Origin: Laetmonice hystrix
Taxonomy: Eukaryota
Direction: 5' to 3'
Assembly: GCA_965235115.1 (NCBI GenBank)
Contig: OZ249436.1
Location: 8,930,001 to 8,994,000, forward strand
DNA: 64,000 bases
Part shown: in pieces, positions 12,001 to 27,000 of the stretch
How the letters are laid out: every line of letters starts with the position of its first letter
Position numbering within the stretch: the first letter of the stretch is position 1
The notes under the pieces: model-generated
What the model saw: only the letters and a program-made list of their open reading frames with translations
Told to the model about the DNA's origin: nothing
Database searches by the model: none
Translations under genes and position numbers: made by a program

Positions 12001-15000
12001 ACGTGCCTGCCAGCCCGGCCAGGTATAAGGTGGTGATTACATGGGTAGCCGGAAGGTAGCAGTGCAGTCGATGGGAGGCCGCTTCAGTACTGCACCCTGG
12101 TGTTTGCTCGCAACATCTCTGTCATCTGTTTCTATTTGGGGATGCGATATCTGATATAGAAAGGCGAACAACGTCATTTGCCAATGTTAATTAAACCTTT
12201 ACGGCAAACAGTCACTGGGACTACCGTACAGCGGTGTCTGACGCTTACAGATGGTCAGTAGGGGACACAGATTATATGGGGGTAAATGATGGACGAAACG
12301 GATGGCCTGCCTCCTGGACAATAAAGGCATGGAAACATGAAACATGAGGCGTCCCTACATTTCTGGCTACAGTTGTATAGAAGCAAACCGTACAGTGATG
12401 CCAAAGAGTACAGGGAGGCCAAACAGTACAGTGAGGAATCCGAACAAGGTCCTGCATTGCCTAATACCCAAGCAAACACTACAGTGAGGCCGAACAGTAC
12501 AGGGAGGCCAAATAGTATACTGTGAGGCCAAGCACTACGAGAGGCTAATCAGTACTCTGCGAAGTCTCTACATCTTATCGGCTGGCCTACTACCCATGCA
12601 AACAGTTCAGTGAGGTAGTGGAAATGAAAGATATAGGCGAGGGGCATCTAATGTTAAAATTTGGAGAAGATACTCAAATGGGAAGTAGATATCTCACAAC
12701 CATTTATCTGTAGCGAACGTACGAGACCTATAGAAGTGACAGTTATACATCTGGCCTAACAATCATAATTTTGGGGTCGTAATTTCAATTTGACGTATCA
12801 AAAATGAAGCCATTTTTCGCTTATCATTGTCTCCCCCATAAGCGCCATAGGTGCCTGCCAGCCCGGCCAGGTACAAGGTGGTGATTCCATGGTTAGCCGT
12901 AAGGTCGCAGTGCAGTCGGTGGGAGGCCGCTTCAGTACTGCACCCTGGTGTTTGCTTCCAATCTCTCTGTCATCTCTTTCTACTGGGGGATGGGATATCT
13001 GATATAGAAAGGCGAACAACGTCATTTGCCATTTTTAATTAAGCCTTTACGGCAAACATCCACTGGGTCTACCATACAACGGTGTCGGACGCTTACAGGT
13101 GGTCAGTTGGGGACACAGATTACATGGGGGTAAATGATGGACGAAACGGATGGCCTGCCTCCTGGACAATAAAGGCGTGGAAACATTAAACACGAGGCGT
13201 CCCTACATTTCTGGATACAGTTGTATAGAAGCAAGCAGTACAGTGATGCCAAAGAGTACAGGGAGGCCAAACAGTACAGTGAGGAATCCCTACAAGGTGC
13301 TGTATTGCCTAATACCCAAGCAAACACTACAGTGAGGCCGAACAGTACAGTGAGGCCAATTAGTATACTGTAAGGCCAAGCACTACGAGAGGCCAATCAA
13401 TCCTCTGGGAAGTCTCTACATCTTATCGGCTGGCCTACTACCCATGCAAATAGTTCACTGAGGTAGTGGAAATGAAAGATATAGGCGAGGGGCATCTAAT
13501 GTTAAAATTTGGAGAAGATACTCAAATGGGAAGTAGATGTCTCACAACCATTTATCTATAGCGAACGTACGAGACCTATAGAGGTGATAGTTATACATTT
13601 GGCCTAACAATCATAATTTTGGGGTCGTAATTTCAATTTGACGTATCAAAAATGAAGCCATTTTTCGCTTATCATTGTCTCTCCCATAAGCGCCATAGGT
13701 GCCTACCAGCCCGGCCAGGTATAAGGTGGTGATTACATGGGTAGCCGGAAGGTAGCAGTGCAGTCGGTGGAAGGCCGCTTCAGTACTGCACCCTGGTGGT
13801 TGCTTGCAACATCTCTGTGATCTGTTTCTATTTGGGGATGCGATATCTGATATAGAAAGGCGAACAACGTCATTTGCCAATGTTAATTAAACCTTTACGG
13901 CAAACAGTCACTGGGACTACCGTACAACGGTGTCGGACGCTTACAGATGGTCAGTAGGGGACACAGATTATATGGGGGTAAATGATGGACGAAACGGATG
14001 GCCTGCCTCCTGGACAATAAAGGCAAGAAAACATGAAACATGAGGCGTCCCTACATTTCTGGCTACAGTTGTATAGAAGTAAGCAGTACAGTGATGCCAA
14101 AGATTACAGGGAGGCCAAACAGTACAGTGAGGAATCCCTACAAGGTCCTGCATTGCCTAATACCCAAGCAAACACTACAGTGAGGCCGAACAGTACAGTG
14201 AGGCCGAACAGTACAGTGAGGCCAAATAGTATACTGTGAGGCCAAGCACTACGAGAGGCTAATCAGTACTCTGGGAAGTCTCTACATCTTCTCGGCTGGC
14301 CTACTACCCATGCAAATCGTTCACTGAGGTAGTGGAAATGAAAGATATAGGCGAGGGGCATCTAATGTTAAAATTTGGAGAAGATACTCAAATGGGAAGT
14401 AGATGTCTCACAACCATTTATCTATAGCGAACGTACGAGACCTATAGAGGTGACAGTTATACATCTGGCCTAACAATCATAATTTTGGGGTCGTAATTTC
14501 AATTTGACGTATCAAAAATGAAGCCATTTTTCGCTTATCATTGTCTCCCCCATAAGCGCCATAGGTGCCTGCCAGTCCGGCCAGGTACAAGGTGGTGATT
14601 CCATGGTTAGCAGTAAGGTCGCAGTGCAGTCGGTGAGAGGCCGCTTCAGTACTGCACCCTGGTGTTTGCTTCCAACCTCTCTGTCATCTCTTTCTACTGG
14701 GGGATGGGATATCTGATATAGAAAGGCGAACAACGTCATTTGCCATTTTTAATTAAGCCTTTACGGCAAACATCCACTGGGTCTACCATACAACGGTGTC
14801 GGACGCTTACAGGTGGTCAGTTGGGGACACAGATTACATGGGGGTAAATGATGGACGAAACGGATGGCCTGCCTCCTGGACAATAAAGGCGTGGAAACAT
14901 TAAACACGAGGCGTCCCTACATTTCTGGATACAGTTGTATAGAAGCAAGCAGTACAGTGATGCCAAAGAGTACAGGGAGGCCAAACAGTACAGTGAGGAA

Positions 15001-18000
15001 TCCCTACAAGGTGCTGTATTGCCTAATACCCAAGCAAACACTACAGTGAGGCCGAACAGTACAGTGAGGCCAATTAGTATACTGTGAGGCCAAGCACTAC
15101 GAGAGGCCAATCAATCCTCTGGGAAGTCTCTACATCTTATCGGCTGGCCTACTACCCATGCAAATAGTTCACTGAGGTAGTGGAAATGAAAGATATAGGC
15201 GAGGGGCATCTAATGTTAAAATTTGGAGAAGATACTCAAATGGGAAGTAGATGTCTCACAACCATTTATCTATAGCGAACGTACGAGACCTATAGAGGTG
15301 ACAGTTATACATCTGGCCTAACAATCATAATTTTGGGGTCGTAATTTCAATTTGACGTATCAAAAATGAAGCCATTTTTCGCTTATCATTGTCTCTCCCA
15401 TAAGCGCCATAGGTGCCTACCAGCCCGGCCAGGTATAAGGTGGTGATTACATGGGTAGCCGGAAGGTAGCAGTGCAGTCGGTGGAAGGCCGCTTCAGTAC
15501 TGCACCCTGGTGGTTGCTTGCAACATCTCTGTGATCTGTTTCTATTTGGGGATGCGATATCTGATATAGAAAGGCGAACAACGTCATTTGCCTATGTTAA
15601 TTAAACCTTTACGGCAAACAGTCACTGGGACTACCGTACAACGGTGTCGGACGCTTACAGATGGTCAGTAGGGGACACAGATTATATGGGGGTAAATGAT
15701 GGACGAAACGGATGGCCTGCCTCCTGGACAATAAAGGCATGAAAACATGAAACATGAGGCGTCCCTACATTTCTGGCTACAGTTGTATAGAAGTAAGCAG
15801 TACAGTGATGCCAAAGATTACAGGGAGGCCAAACAGTACAGTGAGGAATCCCTACAAGGTCCTGCATTGCCTAATACCCAAGCAAACACTACAGTGAGGC
15901 CGAACAGTACAGTGAGGCCGAACAGTACAGTGAGGCCAAATAGTATACTGTGAGGCCAAGCACTACGAGAGGCTAATCAGTACTCTGGGAAGTCTCTACA
16001 TCTTCTCGGCTGGCCTACTACCCATGCAAATCGTTCACTGAGGTAGTGGAAATGAAAGATATAGGCGAGGGGCATCTAATGTTAAAATTTGGAGAAGATA
16101 CTCAAATGGGAAGTAGATGTCTCACAACCATTTATCTATAGCGAACGTACGAGACCTATAGAGGTGACAGTTATACATCTGGCCTAACAATCATAATTTT
16201 GGGGTCGTAATTTCAATTTGACGTATCAAAAATGAAGCCATTTTTCGCTTATCATTGTCTCTCCCATAACCGCCATACGTGCCTGCCAGCCCGGCCAGGT
16301 ATAAGGTGGTGATTACATGGGTAGCCGGAAGGTAGCAGTGCAGTCGATGGGAGGCCGCTTCAGTACTGCACCCTGGTGTTTGCTCGCAACATCTCTGTCA
16401 TCTGTTTCTATTTGGGGATGGGATATCTGATATAGAAAGGCGAACAACGTCATTTGCCAATGTTAATTAAACCTTTACGGCAAACAGTCACTGGGACTAC
16501 CGTACAGCGGTGTCTGACGCTTACAGATGGTCAGTAGGGGACACAGATTATATGGGGGTAAATGATGGACGAAACGGATGGCCTGCCTCCTGGACAATAA
16601 AGGCATGGAAACATGAAACATGAGGCGTCCCTACATTTCTGGCTACAGTTGTATAGAAGCAAACCGTACAGTGATGCCAAAGAGTACAGGGAGGCCAAAC
16701 AGTACAGTGAGGAATCCCTACAAGGTCCTGCATTGCCTAATACCCAAGCAAACACTACAGTGAGGCCGAACAGTACAGTGAGGCCAAATAGTATACTGTG
16801 AGGCCAAGCACTACGAGAGGCTAATCAGTACTCTGGGAAGTCTCTACATCTTATCGGCTGGCCTACTACCCATGCAAACAGTTCAGTGAGGTAGTGGAAA
16901 TGAAAGATATAGGCGAGGGGCATCTAATGTTAAAATTTGGAGAAGATACTCAAATGGGAAGTAGATATCTCACAACCATTTATCTGTAGCGAACGTACGA
17001 GACCTATAGAAGTGACAGTTATACATCTGGCCTAACAATCATAATTTTGGGGTCGTAATTTCAATTTGACGTATCAAAAATGAAGCCATTTTTCGCTTAT
17101 CATTGTCTCCCCCATAAGCGCCATAGGTGCCTGCCAGCCCGGCCAGGTACAAGGTGGTGATTCCATGGTTAGCCGTAAGGTCGCAGTGCAGTCGGTGGGA
17201 GGCCGCTTCAGTACTGCACCCTGGTGTTTGCTTCCAACCTCTCTGTCATCTCTTTCTACTGGGGGATGGGATATCTGATATAGAAAGGCGAACAACGTCA
17301 TTTGCCATTTTTAATTAAGCCTTTACGGCAAACATCCACTGGGTCTACCATACAACGGTGTCGGACGCTTACAGGTGGTCAGTTGGGGACACAGATTACA
17401 TGGGGGTAAATGATGGACGAAACGGATGGCCTGCCTCCTGGACAATAAAGGCGTGGAAACATTAAACACGAGGCGTCCCTACATTTCTGGATACAGTTGT
17501 ATAGAAGCAAGCAGTACAGTGATGCCAAAGAGTACAGGGAGGCCAAACAGTACAGTGAGGAATCCCTAGAAGGTGCTGTATTGCCTAATACCCAAGCAAA
17601 CACTACAGTGAGGCCGAACAGTACAGTGAGGCCAATTAGTATACTGTGAGGCCAAGCACTACGAGAGGCCAATCAATCCTCTGGGAAGTCTCTACATCTT
17701 ATCGGCTGGCCTACTACCCATGCAAATAGTTCACTGAGGTAGTGGAAATGAAAGATATAGGCGAGGGGCATCTAATGTTAAAATTTGGAGAAGATACTCA
17801 AATGGGAAGTAGATGTCTCACAACCATGTATCTATAGCGAACGTACGAGACCTATAGAGGTGACAGTTATACATCTGGCCTAACAATCATAATTTTGGGG
17901 TCGTAATTTCAATTTGACGTATCAAAAATGAAGCCATTTTTCGCTTATCATTGTCTCTCCCATAAGCGCCATAGGTGCGTACCAGCCCGGCCAGGTATAA

Positions 18001-21000
18001 GGTGGTGATTACATGGGTAGCCGGAAGGTAGCAGTGCAGTCGGTGGAAGGCCGCTTCAGTACTGCACCCTGGTGGTTGCTTGCAACATCTCTGTGATCTG
18101 TTTCTATTTGGGGATGCGATATCTGATATAGAAAGGCGAACAACGTCATTTGCCAATGTTAATTAAACCTTTACGGCAAACAGTCACTCGGACTACCGTA
18201 CAACGGTGTCGGACGCTTACAGATGGTCAGTAGGGGACACAGATTATATGTGTTGTATAGAAGTAAGCAGTACAGTGATGCCAAAGATTACAGGGAGGCC
18301 AAACAGTACAGTGAGGAATCCCTACAAGGTCCTGCATTGCCTAATACCCAAGCAAACACTACAGTGAGGCCGAACAGTACAGTGAGGCCGAACAGTACAG
18401 TGAGGCCAAATAGTATACTGTGAGGCCAAGCACTACGAGAGGCTAATCAGTACTCTGGGAAGTCTCTACATCTTCTCGGCTGGCCTACTACCCATGCAAA
18501 TCGTTCACTGAGGTAGTGGAAATGAAAGATATAGGCGAGGGGCATCTAATGTTAAAATTTGGAGAAGATACTCAAATGGGAAGTAGATGTCTCACAACCA
18601 TTTATCTATAGCGAACGTACGAGACCTATAGAGGTGACAGTTATACATCTGGCCTAACAATCATAATTTTGGGGTCGTAATTTCAATTTGACGTATCAAA
18701 AATGAAGCCATTTTTCGCTTATCATTGTCTCTCCCATAACCGCCATACGTGCCTGCCAGCCCGGCCAGGTATAAGGTGGTGATTACATGGGTAGCCGGAA
18801 GGTAGCAGTGCAGTCGATGGGAGGCCGCTTCAGTACTGCACCCTGGTGTTTGCTCGCAACATCTCTGTCATCTGTTTCTATTTGGGGATGGGATATCTGA
18901 TATAGAAAGGCGAACAACGTCATTTGCCAATGTTAATTAAACCTTTACGGCAAACAGTCACTGGGACTACCGTACAGCGGTGTCTGACGCTTACAGATGG
19001 TCAGTAGGGGACACAGATTATATGGGGGTAAATGATGGACGAAACGGATGGCCTGCCTCCTGGACAATAAAGGCATGGAAACATGAAACATGAGGCGTCC
19101 CTACATTTCTGGCTACAGTTGTATAGAAGCAAACCGTACAGTGATGCCAAAGAGTACAGGGAGGCCAAACAGTACAGTGAGGAATCCCTACAAGGTCCTG
19201 CATTGCCTAATACCCAAGCAAACACTACAGTGAGGCCGAACAGTACAGTGAGGCCAAATAGTATACTGTGAGGCCAAGCACTACGAGAGGCTAATCAGTA
19301 CTCTGGGAAGTCTCTACATCTTATCGGCTGGCCTACTACCCATGCAAACAGTTCAGTGAGGTAGTGGAAATGAAAGATATAGGCGAGGGGCATCTAATGT
19401 TAAAATTTGGAGAAGATACTCAAATGGGAAGTAGATATCTCACAACCATTTATCTGTAGCGAACGTACGAGACCTATAGAAGTGACAGTTATACATCTGG
19501 CCTAACAATCATAATTTTGGGGTCGTAATTTCAATTTGACGTATCAAAAATGAAGCCATTTTTCGCTTATCATTGTCTCCCCCATAAGCGCCATAGGTGC
19601 CTGCCAGCCCGGCCAGGTACAAGGTGGTGATTCCATGGTTAGCCGTAAGGTCGCAGTGCAGTCGGTGGGAGGCCGCTTCAGTACTGCACCCTGGTGTTTG
19701 CTTCCAACCTCTCTGTCATCTCTTTCTACTGGGGGATGGGATATCTGATATAGAAAGGCGAACAACGTCATTTGCCATTTTTAATTAAGCCTTTACGGCA
19801 AACATCCACTGGGTCTACCATACAACGGTGTCGGACGCTTACAGGTGGTCAGTTGGGGACACAGATTACATGGGGGTAAATGATGGACGAAACGGATGGC
19901 CTGCCTCCTGGACAATAAAGGCGTGGAAACATTAAACACGAGGCGTCCCTACATTTCTGGATACAGTTGTATAGAAGCAAGCAGTACAGTGATGCCAAAG
20001 AGTACAGGGAGGCCAAACAGTACAGTGAGGAATCCCTAGAAGGTGCTGTATTGCCTAATACCCAAGCAAACACTACAGTGAGGCCGAACAGTACAGTGAG
20101 GCCAATTAGTATACTGTGAGGCCAAGCACTACGAGAGGCCAATCAATCCTCTGGGAAGTCTCTACATCTTATCGGCTGGCCTACTACCCATGCAAATAGT
20201 TCACTGAGGTAGTGGAAATGAAAGATATAGGCGAGGGGCATCTAATGTTAAAATTTGGAGAAGATACTCAAATGGGAAGTAGATGTCTCACAACCATGTA
20301 TCTATAGCGAACGTACGAGACCTATAGAGGTGACAGTTATACATCTGGCCTAACAATCATAATTTTGGGGTCGTAATTTCAATTTGACGTATCAAAAATG
20401 AAGCCATTTTTCGCTTATCATTGTCTCTCCCATAAGCGCCATAGGTGCGTACCAGCCCGGCCAGGTATAAGGTGGTGATTACATGGGTAGCCGGAAGGTA
20501 GCAGTGCAGTCGGTGGAAGGCCGCTTCAGTACTGCACCCTGGTGGTTGCTTGCAACATCTCTGTGATCTGTTTCTATTTGGGGATGCGATATCTGATATA
20601 GAAAGGCGAACAACGTCATTTGCCAATGTTAATTAAACCTTTACGGCAAACAGTCACTCGGACTACCGTACAACGGTGTCGGACGCTTACAGATGGTCAG
20701 TAGGGGACACAGATTATATGGGGGTAAATGATGGACGAAACGGATGGCCTGCCTTCTGGACAATAAAGGCATGAAAACATGAAACATGAGGCGTCCCTAC
20801 ATTTCTGGCTACAGTTGTATAGAAGTAAGCAGTACAGTGATGCCAAAGATTACAGGGAGGCCAAACAGTACAGTGAGGAATCCCTACAAGGTCCTGCATT
20901 GCCTAATACCCAAGCAAACACTACAGTGAGGCCGAACAGTACAGTGAGGCCGAACAGTACAGTGAGGCCAAATAGTATACTGTGAGGCCAAGCACTACGA

Positions 21001-24000
21001 GAGGCTAATCAGTACTCTGGGAAGTCTCTACATCTTCTCGGCTGGCCTACTACCCATGCAAATCGTTCACTGAGGTAGTGGAAATGAAAGATATAGGCGA
21101 GGGGCATCTAATGTTAAAATTTGGAGAAGATACTCAAATGGGAAGTAGATGTCTCACAACCATTTATCTATAGCGAACGTACGAGACCTATAGAGGTGAC
21201 AGTTATACATCTGGCCTAACAATCATAATTTTGGGGTCGTAATTTCAATTTGACGTATCAAAAATGAAGCCATTTTTCGCTTATCATTGTCTCTCCCATA
21301 ACCGCCATACGTGCCTGCCAGCCCGGCCAGGTATAAGGTGGTGATTACATGGGTAGCCGGAAGGTAGCAGTGCAGTCGATGGGAGGCCGCTTCAGTACTG
21401 CACCCTGGTGTTTGCTCGCAACATCTCTGTCATCTGTTTCTATTTGGGGATGCGATATCTGATATAGAAAGGCGAACAACGTCATTTGCCAATGTTAATT
21501 AAACCTTTACGGCAAACAGTCACTGGGACTACCGTACAGCGGTGTCTGACGCTTACAGATGGTCAGTAGGGGACACAGATTATATGGGGGTAAATGATGG
21601 ACGAAACGGATGGCCTGCCTCCTGGACAATAAAGGCATGGAAACATGAAACATGAGGCGTCCCTACATTTCTGGCTACAGTTGTATAGAAGCAAACCGTA
21701 CAGTGATGCCAAAGAGTACAGGGAGGCCAAACAGTACAGTGAGGAATCCGAACAAGGTCCTGCATTGCCTAATACCCAAGCAAACACTACAGTGAGGCCG
21801 AACAGTACAGGGAGGCCAAATAGTATACTGTGAGGCCAAGCACTACGAGAGGCTAATCAGTACTCTGCGAAGTCTCTACATCTTATCGGCTGGCCTACTA
21901 CCCATGCAAACAGTTCAGTGAGGTAGTGGAAATGAAAGATATAGGCGAGGGGCATCTAATGTTAAAATTTGGAGAAGATACTCAAATGGGAAGTAGATAT
22001 CTCACAACCATTTATCTGTAGCGAACGTACGAGACCTATAGAAGTGACAGTTATACATCTGGCCTAACAATCATAATTTTGGGGTCGTAATTTCAATTTG
22101 ACGTATCAAAAATGAAGCCATTTTTCGCTTATCATTGTCTCCCCCATAAGCGCCATAGGTGCCTGCCAGCCCGGCCAGGTACAAGGTGGTGATTCCATGG
22201 TTAGCCGTAAGGTCGCAGTGCAGTCGGTGGGAGGCCGCTTCAGTACTGCACCCTGGTGTTTGCTTCCAATCTCTCTGTCATCTCTTTCTACTGGGGGATG
22301 GGATATCTGATATAGAAAGGCGAACAACGTCATTTGCCATTTTTAATTAAGCCTTTACGGCAAACATCCACTGGGTCTACCATACAACGGTGTCGGACGC
22401 TTACAGGTGGTCAGTTGGGGACACAGATTACATGGGGGTAAATGATGGACGAAACGGATGGCCTGCCTCCTGGACAATAAAGGCGTGGAAACATTAAACA
22501 CGAGGCGTCCCTACATTTCTGGATACAGTTGTATAGAAGCAAGCAGTACAGTGATGCCAAAGAGTACAGGGAGGCCAAACAGTACAGTGAGGAATCCCTA
22601 CAAGGTGCTGTATTGCCTAATACCCAAGCAAACACTACAGTGAGGCCGAACAGTACAGTGAGGCCAATTAGTATACTGTAAGGCCAAGCACTACGAGAGG
22701 CCAATCAATCCTCTGGGAAGTCTCTACATCTTATCGGCTGGCCTACTACCCATGCAAATAGTTCACTGAGGTAGTGGAAATGAAAGATATAGGCGAGGGG
22801 CATCTAATGTTAAAATTTGGAGAAGATACTCAAATGGGAAGTAGATGTCTCACAACCATTTATCTATAGCGAACGTACGAGACCTATAGAGGTGATAGTT
22901 ATACATTTGGCCTAACAATCATAATTTTGGGGTCGTAATTTCAATTTGACGTATCAAAAATGAAGCCATTTTTCGCTTATCATTGTCTCTCCCATAAGCG
23001 CCATAGGTGCCTACCAGCCCGGCCAGGTATAAGGTGGTGATTACATGGGTAGCCGGAAGGTAGCAGTGCAGTCGGTGGAAGGCCGCTTCAGTACTGCACC
23101 CTGGTGGTTGCTTGCAACATCTCTGTGATCTGTTTCTATTTGGGGATGCGATATCTGATATAGAAAGGCGAACAACGTCATTTGCCAATGTTAATTAAAC
23201 CTTTACGGCAAACAGTCACTGGGACTACCGTACAACGGTGTCGGACGCTTACAGATGGTCAGTAGGGGACACAGATTATATGGGGGTAAATGATGGACGA
23301 AACGGATGGCCTGCCTCCTGGACAATAAAGGCAAGAAAACATGAAACATGAGGCGTCCCTACATTTCTGGCTACAGTTGTATAGAAGTAAGCAGTACAGT
23401 GATGCCAAAGATTACAGGGAGGCCAAACAGTACAGTGAGGAATCCCTACAAGGTCCTGCATTGCCTAATACCCAAGCAAACACTACAGTGAGGCCGAACA
23501 GTACAGTGAGGCCGAACAGTACAGTGAGGCCAAATAGTATACTGTGAGGCCAAGCACTACGAGAGGCTAATCAGTACTCTGGGAAGTCTCTACATCTTCT
23601 CGGCTGGCCTACTACCCATGCAAATCGTTCACTGAGGTAGTGGAAATGAAAGATATAGGCGAGGGGCATCTAATGTTAAAATTTGGAGAAGATACTCAAA
23701 TGGGAAGTAGATGTCTCACAACCATTTATCTATAGCGAACGTACGAGACCTATAGAGGTGACAGTTATACATCTGGCCTAACAATCATAATTTTGGGGTC
23801 GTAATTTCAATTTGACGTATCAAAAATGAAGCCATTTTTCGCTTATCATTGTCTCCCCCATAAGCGCCATAGGTGCCTGCCAGTCCGGCCAGGTACAAGG
23901 TGGTGATTCCATGGTTAGCAGTAAGGTCGCAGTGCAGTCGGTGAGAGGCCGCTTCAGTACTGCACCCTGGTGTTTGCTTCCAACCTCTCTGTCATCTCTT

Positions 24001-27000
24001 TCTACTGGGGGATGGGATATCTGATATAGAAAGGCGAACAACGTCATTTGCCATTTTTAATTAAGCCTTTACGGCAAACATCCACTGGGTCTACCATACA
24101 ACGGTGTCGGACGCTTACAGGTGGTCAGTTGGGGACACAGATTACATGGGGGTAAATGATGGACGAAACGGATGGCCTGCCTCCTGGACAATAAAGGCGT
24201 GGAAACATTAAACACGAGGCGTCCCTACATTTCTGGATACAGTTGTATAGAAGCAAGCAGTACAGTGATGCCAAAGAGTACAGGGAGGCCAAACAGTACA
24301 GTGAGGAATCCCTACAAGGTGCTGTATTGCCTAATACCCAAGCAAACACTACAGTGAGGCCGAACAGTACAGTGAGGCCAATTAGTATACTGTGAGGCCA
24401 AGCACTACGAGAGGCCAATCAATCCTCTGGGAAGTCTCTACATCTTATCGGCTGGCCTACTACCCATGCAAATAGTTCACTGAGGTAGTGGAAATGAAAG
24501 ATATAGGCGAGGGGCATCTAATGTTAAAATTTGGAGAAGATACTCAAATGGGAAGTAGATGTCTCACAACCATTTATCTATAGCGAACGTACGAGACCTA
24601 TAGAGGTGACAGTTATACATCTGGCCTAACAATCATAATTTTGGGGTCGTAATTTCAATTTGACGTATCAAAAATGAAGCCATTTTTCGCTTATCATTGT
24701 CTCTCCCATAAGCGCCATAGGTGCCTACCAGCCCGGCCAGGTATAAGGTGGTGATTACATGGGTAGCCGGAAGGTAGCAGTGCAGTCGGTGGAAGGCCGC
24801 TTCAGTACTGCACCCTGGTGGTTGCTTGCAACATCTCTGTGATCTGTTTCTATTTGGGGATGCGATATCTGATATAGAAAGGCGAACAACGTCATTTGCC
24901 TATGTTAATTAAACCTTTACGGCAAACAGTCACTGGGACTACCGTACAACGGTGTCGGACGCTTACAGATGGTCAGTAGGGGACACAGATTATATGGGGG
25001 TAAATGATGGACGAAACGGATGGCCTGCCTCCTGGACAATAAAGGCATGAAAACATGAAACATGAGGCGTCCCTACATTTCTGGCTACAGTTGTATAGAA
25101 GTAAGCAGTACAGTGATGCCAAAGATTACAGGGAGGCCAAACAGTACAGTGAGGAATCCCTACAAGGTCCTGCATTGCCTAATACCCAAGCAAACACTAC
25201 AGTGAGGCCGAACAGTACAGTGAGGCCGAACAGTACAGTGAGGCCAAATAGTATACTGTGAGGCCAAGCACTACGAGAGGCTAATCAGTACTCTGGGAAG
25301 TCTCTACATCTTCTCGGCTGGCCTACTACCCATGCAAATCGTTCACTGAGGTAGTGGAAATGAAAGATATAGGCGAGGGGCATCTAATGTTAAAATTTGG
25401 AGAAGATACTCAAATGGGAAGTAGATGTCTCACAACCATTTATCTATAGCGAACGTACGAGACCTATAGAGGTGACAGTTATACATCTGGCCTAACAATC
25501 ATAATTTTGGGGTCGTAATTTCAATTTGACGTATCAAAAATGAAGCCATTTTTCGCTTATCATTGTCTCTCCCATAACCGCCATACGTGCCTGCCAGCCC
25601 GGCCAGGTATAAGGTGGTGATTACATGGGTAGCCGGAAGGTAGCAGTGCAGTCGATGGGAGGCCGCTTCAGTACTGCACCCTGGTGTTTGCTCGCAACAT
25701 CTCTGTCATCTGTTTCTATTTGGGGATGGGATATCTGATATAGAAAGGCGAACAACGTCATTTGCCAATGTTAATTAAACCTTTACGGCAAACAGTCACT
25801 GGGACTACCGTACAGCGGTGTCTGACGCTTACAGATGGTCAGTAGGGGACACAGATTATATGGGGGTAAATGATGGACGAAACGGATGGCCTGCCTCCTG
25901 GACAATAAAGGCATGGAAACATGAAACATCAGGCGTCCCTACATTTCTGGCTACAGTTGTATAGAAGCAAACCGTACAGTGATGCCAAAGAGTACAGGGA
26001 GGCCAAACAGTACAGTGAGGAATCCCTACAAGGTCCTGCATTGCCTAATACCCAAGCAAACACTACAGTGAGGCCGAACAGTACAGTGAGGCCAAATAGT
26101 ATACTGTGAGGCCAAGCACTACGAGAGGCTAATCAGTACTCTGGGAAGTCTCTACATCTTATCGGCTGGCCTACTACCCATGCAAACAGTTCAGTGAGGT
26201 AGTGGAAATGAAAGATATAGGCGAGGGGCATCTAATGTTAAAATTTGGAGAAGATACTCAAATGGGAAGTAGATATCTCACAACCATTTATCTGTAGCGA
26301 ACGTACGAGACCTATGGAAGTGACAGTTATACATCTGGCCTAACAATCATAATTTTGGGGTCGTAATTTCAATTTGACGTATCAAAAATGAAGCCATTTT
26401 TCGCTTATCATTGTCTCCCCCATAAGCGCCATAGGTGCCTGCCAGCCCGGCCAGGTACAAGGTGGTGATTCCATGGTTAGCCGTAAGGTCGCAGTGCAGT
26501 CGGTGGGAGGCCGCTTCAGTACTGCACCCTGGTGTTTGCTTCCAATCTCTCTGTCATCTCTTTCTACTGGGGGATGGGATATCTGATATAGAAAGGCGAA
26601 CAACGTCATTTGCCATTTTTAATTAAGCCTTTACGGCAAACATCCACTGGGTCTACCATACAACGGTGTCGGACGCTTACAGGTGGTCAGTTGGGGACAC
26701 AGATTACATGGGGGTAAATGATGGACGAAACGGATGGCCTGCCTCCTGGACAATAAAGGCGTGGAAACATTAAACACGAGGCGTCCCTACATTTCTGGAT
26801 ACAGTTGTATAGAAGCAAGCAGTACAGTGATGCCAAAGAGTACAGGGAGGCCAAACAGTACAGTGAGGAATCCCTACAAGGTGCTGTATTGCCTAATACC
26901 CAAGCAAACACTACAGTGAGGCCGAACAGTACAGTGAGGCCAATTAGTATACTGTGAGGCCAAGCACTACGAGAGGCCAATCAATCCTCTGGGAAGTCTC

